Below, piece by piece: positions 51,515 through 56,231 of a DNA stretch of 56,231 nucleotides (position 1 is its first letter; every line of letters starts with the position of its first letter). Made by a program: the position numbers and the translations under genes. The notes beneath the pieces were generated by a model. The model did no database searches, was not told where the DNA came from, and worked only from the letters and a program-made list of their open reading frames with translations. The stretch is from Azonexus sp. (GTDB taxonomy: Bacteria > Pseudomonadota > Gammaproteobacteria > Burkholderiales > Rhodocyclaceae): positions 1 to 56,231 of the forward strand of contig DATGXM010000358.1 of assembly GCA_035298985.1 (NCBI GenBank), given 5' to 3'.

Positions 51515-53281
51515 ATGCTCAGCCGCCTTTTTCCGCCACTTGTCGGCATCCTGCTTCTAGTCGGCGGATGTAGCACAGCGCCTCCGGTCGCCAGCAGTCT
51601 CGCCAAGGGCAATTACGATCATACCCGCGCCTATCTGGCATGGATGATCGAGCAGGAAATGGTTCGGAACGAGATTACAGGGATCAGCATCGCACTGGTG
51701 GATGACCAGCAGGTCATTTGGCAACAGGGCTTCGGTTACGCTGATCTGGAAAACGGGGTTCTCGCCACGCCCGAAACGGTCTATCGCGCCGGCTCCATTG
51801 CCAAGGTATTCACCGCAGCGGCCACGATGCAACTGGCCGAACAAGGCAAACTGGACATCGATCGCCCGCTGTCGGCCGCCCTGCCCGAGTTCTCGATCAA
51901 GAGCCGCTTCCCGAATACAGCCCCGATCACGCCGCGCAACATCATGTGCCACCACTCGGGACTGCCGTCGAATTTCCTGCAAGGCCTATTCGTCCGCGCC
52001 CCTGGCCGCTTTGATACGGTGGTCGACGGCATACGTGAAGAGCACCAGGCATTTCCGGCCAATTACGTTTTCTCCTACTCCAATCTCGGCATGGCACTAC
52101 TCGGCGCCGCTGTGCAGAAGGTCAGCGGCGAGTCGTTCGACGGCTATATGGAGAACCACTTTTTCCAGCCGCTGGGCATGACGCAAACCAGTTTCGCTCA
52201 GCGCCCGATCGCCAAGGCCTACGACCGCAATAAGGAAACCGAGGTTTTTTCGATGCGCGACATGCCAGCAGCCAATCTGCTGAGTAACGTTGTCGACCTC
52301 GCACAATTCATCAAAATGCAGTTTGCGGACGGCAAGGCGGGGCAACGACAGGTATTGGAGGCAAGTTCCCTGAGCGAAATGCTGCGCATCCAGAACAGGG
52401 ATTTTCCGCTGACCTTCGGCCAATACGTCGGACTCGGCTGGATGATGAGCGGCATCGACATCCCGGGCGGTGGGCCGGTCGCCAGCCACGGCGGATCCTT
52501 GCCGGATTCGCACAGCATGATGGCGATCCTGCCTGATCACAAGCTAGGGGTTGTGGTACTGACCAATTCTGCCACTTCGCATGTTGCCGTGAGCAAAATA
52601 GCAACCGAAGCTTTGCGCCTGATGCTTGAAGCCAAAACAGGCATTCGACAGAAAACCACACCTACGGTCCGAAGCGCCGAACGCAAGCCAACTCCAGAGG
52701 AACTCCGGTTATTTGATGGTTATTTCGATTCCATGGTCGGATTAGCCAAAATCAGCACCAAATCAGGCCAGATCGATGTCGAGGCGGTTGGCCACCATTT
52801 CCGCCTCGTCCCACATGAAGATGGCCTGCTGACCATCAAATACAAGGTGCTGGGCATGCTGCCCGTACGTGTCGGCGCCTTCGAAGATATTCACCTGTCC
52901 ATGGTCAATGTCGATGGCCGCCAGATCATTGTTGGCCGCATGGGTAGCGAATCAATGATATTTGGTGAGAAGCTGAAGCCCGCAAGCATCCCGGAGAGCT
53001 TCCTGAAAAGTCTTGGCAATTACGAAATTGTCGGCAAAATGGACGGCCCCATGCCAGACAGCCTGCTCCTTAAGGAGGATAATGGCCTGCTGATAGGTGA
53101 AGCACATTTTGCCGAGGTGCCAGACCTTCTGCTGCGCATAGCTTTTCAGCCAGTATCCGATCATGAAGTCGTGACCGCCGGCCTCGGCACCAGCCGCGGC
53201 GACACGTTACGCATTATCGAATCCGGAGACGAAACCCTATTGGGCTTCTCCGGCATGCAACTCCGTAAAAAACTGAACTAA
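51515..53281 (+). CDS. Beta-lactamase-related (class C/S12) serine hydrolase lipoprotein with C-terminal extension
   Basis: Lipobox LLVGGC, SxxK (GSIAK), HHSGLP, YSN, HGG; about 200 extra C-terminal residues. Confidence 0.88.
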   Translation: MLSRLFPPLVGILLLVGGCSTAPPVASSLAKGNYDHTRAYLAWMIEQEMVRNEITGISIALVDDQQVIWQQGFGYADLENGVLATPETVYRAGSIAKVFTAAATMQLAEQGKLDIDRPLSAALPEFSIKSRFPNTAPITPRNIMCHHSGLPSNFLQGLFVRAPGRFDTVVDGIREEHQAFPANYVFSYSNLGMALLGAAVQKVSGESFDGYMENHFFQPLGMTQTSFAQRPIAKAYDRNKETEVFSMRDMPAANLLSNVVDLAQFIKMQFADGKAGQRQVLEASSLSEMLRIQNRDFPLTFGQYVGLGWMMSGIDIPGGGPVASHGGSLPDSHSMMAILPDHKLGVVVLTNSATSHVAVSKIATEALRLMLEAKTGIRQKTTPTVRSAERKPTPEELRLFDGYFDSMVGLAKISTKSGQIDVEAVGHHFRLVPHEDGLLTIKYKVLGMLPVRVGAFEDIHLSMVNVDGRQIIVGRMGSESMIFGEKLKPASIPESFLKSLGNYEIVGKMDGPMPDSLLLKEDNGLLIGEAHFAEVPDLLLRIAFQPVSDHEVVTAGLGTSRGDTLRIIESGDETLLGFSGMQLRKKLN

Positions 53282-53293
53282 CCCAAACCAACC

Positions 53294-53560
53294 ATGAGCC
53301 AACTACACCAGGAACTGAAAGCCTTCATTATCGAGACAATGAATCTTGAGGACATTACCCCTGCAGACATTGGGGACGATATGCCGCTGTTTGCCGATGA
53401 CGGATTGGGGCTGGATTCAATTGACGCACTGGAGCTGGTGCTTGGCCTTAAAAAGAAGTACGGGATCGTTATCGAAGCCAATGATGAAGCATCCCGCCAG
53501 CATCTGCGGTCTGTAAACTCTCTGGCCGCTCTGCTTAACGCCAACCGCCAAGAAAGCTGA
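53294..53560 (+). CDS. Stand-alone acyl carrier protein (aryl-polyene/dialkylresorcinol-cluster type)
   Basis: PLF..GLGLDSIDALEL phosphopantetheine site, KKKYGI, HLRSVNSLA; 12 bp after the hydrolase. Confidence 0.9.
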   Translation: MSQLHQELKAFIIETMNLEDITPADIGDDMPLFADDGLGLDSIDALELVLGLKKKYGIVIEANDEASRQHLRSVNSLAALLNANRQES

Positions 53561-53611
53561 AAAACACACTCGTAGTCGCCTCAAGAGCGCAGGCAACCCG
53601 GCAAAGCGAGC

Positions 53612-53643
53612 AAAAAAAATGGCACCGAAAGGTGCCATTTTTT
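53612..53643. terminator. Bidirectional intrinsic terminator
   Basis: A8-TGGCACC-GAAA-GGTGCCA-T6 between convergent genes. Confidence 0.88.
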
Positions 53644-53662
53644 ACCAAAGAAATTAATCGCT

Positions 53663-54427
53663 TCAGATTTTGCCAGCCCTGCGCAGACGCAGCAGGCCGA
53701 GCAATCCGATCCCCATGAGGGCCAGTGAGCCAGGCTCCGGCAACTTGCCCGGTGTACAACCCGTGGTACCTTGGACGCAACCTGAAACCGATGCCAGTTT
53801 CACATAGTCGTAACCATCAGTCAGCATGGAACCGGTGGTTGAACCACTAACCAAGGGGTTGTAGGCACCAATCAGCCAGTAGGATGAATACGAGCCACCC
53901 GCATTGATATTGGTGGCAGTCGTGCCGATATTGGCGTAGTTGCCAACCACCGTCCAACCTGCAAGTTGGCTATAGGTCTTGCCAATCAAACTTGGAATCC
54001 CTGCACCGGTGTAGGCCATCACGGTGACATCGGAGTCGCCTGACCACCAACCCAGCGTCAGTTGAGTCAATTTGACCACGGACGAGAAACTGAGCAGGGC
54101 CATATCGTAACGCTGATTGTTGTCAATTGCGTGTTCCGGGCTGACTGTTTCGTTCAGGTCGCAATACGATCCCGAAGAACACGCATCGGCGTTATATATA
54201 CCGCCGTAGGTGTTGGTCCAGGTCGCGCTCTGGATGGTCTGAGTGGCACCATTGTTGGCAGACGACGTCGAGGTGTTCGTCCCGCCGGTGTTGGACAGCG
54301 CTGTCACGGTTACCCCGCCGCTGATCGGCCCATAGTTCGAACCAAGAATCCAGTTGGTTGCGGCAGAAACCTGCCCAGCTAGTGCGAAGGCGATAATTCC
54401 TGTCAGTGCTTTCAGTTGGTTTTTCAT
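53663..54427 (-). CDS. PEP-CTERM exosortase-sorted surface protein (PepA-like)
   Basis: Signal peptide from ATG at 54427, S/T/N/G-rich body with HAIDN motif, C-terminal LPEPGSLALMGIGLLGLLRLRR. Confidence 0.93.
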   Translation of the reverse strand: MKNQLKALTGIIAFALAGQVSAATNWILGSNYGPISGGVTVTALSNTGGTNTSTSSANNGATQTIQSATWTNTYGGIYNADACSSGSYCDLNETVSPEHAIDNNQRYDMALLSFSSVVKLTQLTLGWWSGDSDVTVMAYTGAGIPSLIGKTYSQLAGWTVVGNYANIGTTATNINAGGSYSSYWLIGAYNPLVSGSTTGSMLTDGYDYVKLASVSGCVQGTTGCTPGKLPEPGSLALMGIGLLGLLRLRRAGKI

Positions 54428-54460
54428 TTTTTCCCCTTGGAAAATCTTTGCACAAAACAG

Positions 54461-54477
54461 AGCAAAAACTAGGCCAA
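54461..54477 (-). promoter_or_regulatory. Sigma-54 promoter of the PEP-CTERM gene
   Basis: Minus strand TTGGCCTAGTTTTTGCT (GG-N10-GC). Confidence 0.75.
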
Positions 54478-54537
54478 AATAAAAACCCATTTCGTTTCAT
54501 TAAGATACACCATCACTGAAACAATCTGCCATGGCTG

Positions 54538-54554
54538 TGTAAGAAATACCGACA
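54538..54554. promoter_or_regulatory. Candidate PrsR enhancer (PEP-CTERM box)
   Basis: TGT-AAGAAATACCG-ACA (TGT-N11-ACA) about 60 bp upstream of the -24 element. Confidence 0.6.
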
Positions 54555-54569
54555 GTGTCGATGCTGATG

Positions 54570-56231
54570 TCACAGCCCTAATTCCTTTCGCAACTGGGCC
54601 AGAGGGAGATTGTTTGCCAGACGCCCAGACTCCCGGAGTGCGGCATTCAACTCCTCCTTTGCTTCTTCTTTGCGTCCAATCTTGGACAAGGCATAAGCAA
54701 GATGGAAACGGATTTCCGCACTCTCAGGACTGCGCAGACGTGCTTCGCGCAAATAGCGCAAACCGGGCTCTATCTGCCCCTTACCGACCAGAATCCAGCC
54801 CAAGGTGTCGGCGTAGATGGCGCTATTGGGCGACAGCTTCACGGCGCGCTCGGCCATTTCCTGCGCGGCAGGATCGCTCATCTGCTGCAACAAATTAGCA
54901 TAGTTGTTGAGCGCAAGGGCATCGTCCGGACTATCCTTGACCACGAACTGATAAGTTTGTCGAGCCGCCGCCAGCTGGCCGGATCGGAATTGGGCCTCGG
55001 CCAGCGCCTTCAATGCCAGTTTGTCCTTGGGGTGCCCTTTGACCCACCCCTCCAGGAAGGTCGTGGCCTTGGCCGCCTCGCCGGCTGCCATATGAGCCTG
55101 CACCAGCGCCAGCGCGTTGCCGGCATTTTCTTCGCGGGACAGTAGTTTGCGATAGCTGGCGATGGCTGCCGCATATTGACCACGGGACATGGCCAGATCG
55201 GCTGTCACACGCAAGGTTTCGACGGCGTTCGGATGCTTGGCGAGCAGTGTCTTCAGCGCAGCATCGGCCTTGGCTGCATCACCGCGCCGGGCCTCGACCT
55301 GAACAGCCAATGCGAGGGCCGAAACATCATCCGGATTTCCCTGCAAGGCTTTATAGACGCTATAGGAAGCACCGTCGGGGTTGTTTGCCGCAAGTTGCAG
55401 GCGGGCGATGGCTGCCTGAGATTTGGCATCGAACTCAGCCAGACGGGTTGCCCCGCTCAGGGTCGAACGGGCATTGCTTGCATCGCCATTGGCCAGGAAC
55501 GAGCGTGCCAATGCCAACTGCACCGAAAGACTGGTCGGGAACTTGCCGGACAACTGCTTGGCCACTGCCAAAGCCTGCTCGCCCTGCCGCAGGCCGAGGT
55601 GAAGATCGATCAACACCAGGCCTGGCGCAGCGTCGGACCGCTGCACATTGGCGGCCTTGGCGAGGTAACGGATTGCCTCGTCTGGACGAGCAGCTCGCTG
55701 CTCAAGTTGGCCGTATTCGAACAGAACTTGGGGGTCGTCATTACGCTTTTTCAGAACGCCATCCAGTCGGCGGCGGGCCTCGTCGAAGCGCTTGTCTGCC
55801 ATGTCGAGGCGAGCCAGGTTCAGGATGGCCGGCGTGAAATCGGCATCCTTGGCCAGCACTTCGTTATAGATCGCCCTCGCCCCGTTCTTGTCACCGGCGG
55901 CCCCCTTGAGCGCACCGAGGAAATTGAGGACGGTCAGATTGGCCGGATCGCGCTTGACCATGCCTTCAGCCGTCTTGAGCGCCTTGTCCGGCTTGCCGGA
56001 GCGCATATAGAGCGTTGCCAAGGCCATGCCGGCCTGTGAATCGGCGGGATTGGCGGCAAATGCCTTTTCCAGGCTGGACTGCCCCTGCTCTGCCTTGCCC
56101 ATGCTGAGCTGGCTGAAGCCCAAGGATCGGTTGATCTCGGCCGATCCGGTGCGGGCGGCGGCCTTTTCGAGCAGTTCGCTGGCCTGGGAATAGCGGCGTT
56201 GAGCCAGATTCACAGAACCCAGCAGATACAT
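54570..56231 (-). CDS. prsT: PEP-CTERM system TPR protein PrsT, 3' part (5' end outside the window)
   Basis: Continuous TPR repeats ending ALNNYA..DTLGWIL..GLRYLREARLRSP..IRFHLAYAL; directly upstream of a PEP-CTERM gene. Confidence 0.85.
   Translation of the reverse strand: MYLLGSVNLAQRRYSQASELLEKAAARTGSAEINRSLGFSQLSMGKAEQGQSSLEKAFAANPADSQAGMALATLYMRSGKPDKALKTAEGMVKRDPANLTVLNFLGALKGAAGDKNGARAIYNEVLAKDADFTPAILNLARLDMADKRFDEARRRLDGVLKKRNDDPQVLFEYGQLEQRAARPDEAIRYLAKAANVQRSDAAPGLVLIDLHLGLRQGEQALAVAKQLSGKFPTSLSVQLALARSFLANGDASNARSTLSGATRLAEFDAKSQAAIARLQLAANNPDGASYSVYKALQGNPDDVSALALAVQVEARRGDAAKADAALKTLLAKHPNAVETLRVTADLAMSRGQYAAAIASYRKLLSREENAGNALALVQAHMAAGEAAKATTFLEGWVKGHPKDKLALKALAEAQFRSGQLAAARQTYQFVVKDSPDDALALNNYANLLQQMSDPAAQEMAERAVKLSPNSAIYADTLGWILVGKGQIEPGLRYLREARLRSPESAEIRFHLAYALSKIGRKEEAKEELNAALRESGRLANNLPLAQLRKELGL

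Noticed and set aside
51515-53281. Calling the serine hydrolase an antibiotic-resistance beta-lactamase
   Set aside because: It has HGG rather than the KTG triad of AmpC, a lipoprotein anchor and a long extra domain; the fold alone does not imply resistance

Overview
A GC-rich betaproteobacterial chromosomal segment. Gene content and order look Rhodocyclales/Dechloromonas-like (inference). Positions 1-28.1 kb are conserved housekeeping DNA: pdxJ'-recO-era-rnc-DUF4845-lepB-lepA, glutaredoxin-like-mucD-rseC-rpoE, nadB, ygfX, the yceD-rpmF-plsX-fabHDG-acpP-fabF operon, maf, sppA-Rieske-HAD-rluC, rne, a decayed IS1182-family remnant, LMW-PTP-uvrB and tyrB/aspC. Positions 28.1-43.9 kb hold a type VI secretion cluster in two divergent arms: tssJKL, and TPR-lipoprotein-tssB-tssC-hcp-tssE-tssF-tssG-tssH-ORF-vgrG. 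It lacks tssA, tssM, PAAR and any effector-immunity pair, and vgrG appears to break off at the tyrB terminator. Positions 44-51.4 kb are cysE-iscR-(second desulfurase)-iscSUA-hscBA-fdx-iscX with three IscR boxes. Positions 51.5-56.2 kb carry a serine-hydrolase lipoprotein plus an orphan acyl carrier protein, a PEP-CTERM protein with a sigma-54 promoter and upstream enhancer box, and the 3' part of prsT. Most notable: (1) an intact 154-aa ORF between tssH and vgrG that looks like a Tae4-type amidase with all catalytic residues replaced and no immunity gene; (2) rpoE abutting rseC with no rseA/rseB anti-sigma genes; (3) the hydrolase/orphan-ACP pair; (4) the incomplete T6SS. Family assignments come from recognising motifs by eye, not from database searches. 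No rRNA, tRNA or CRISPR array was seen.
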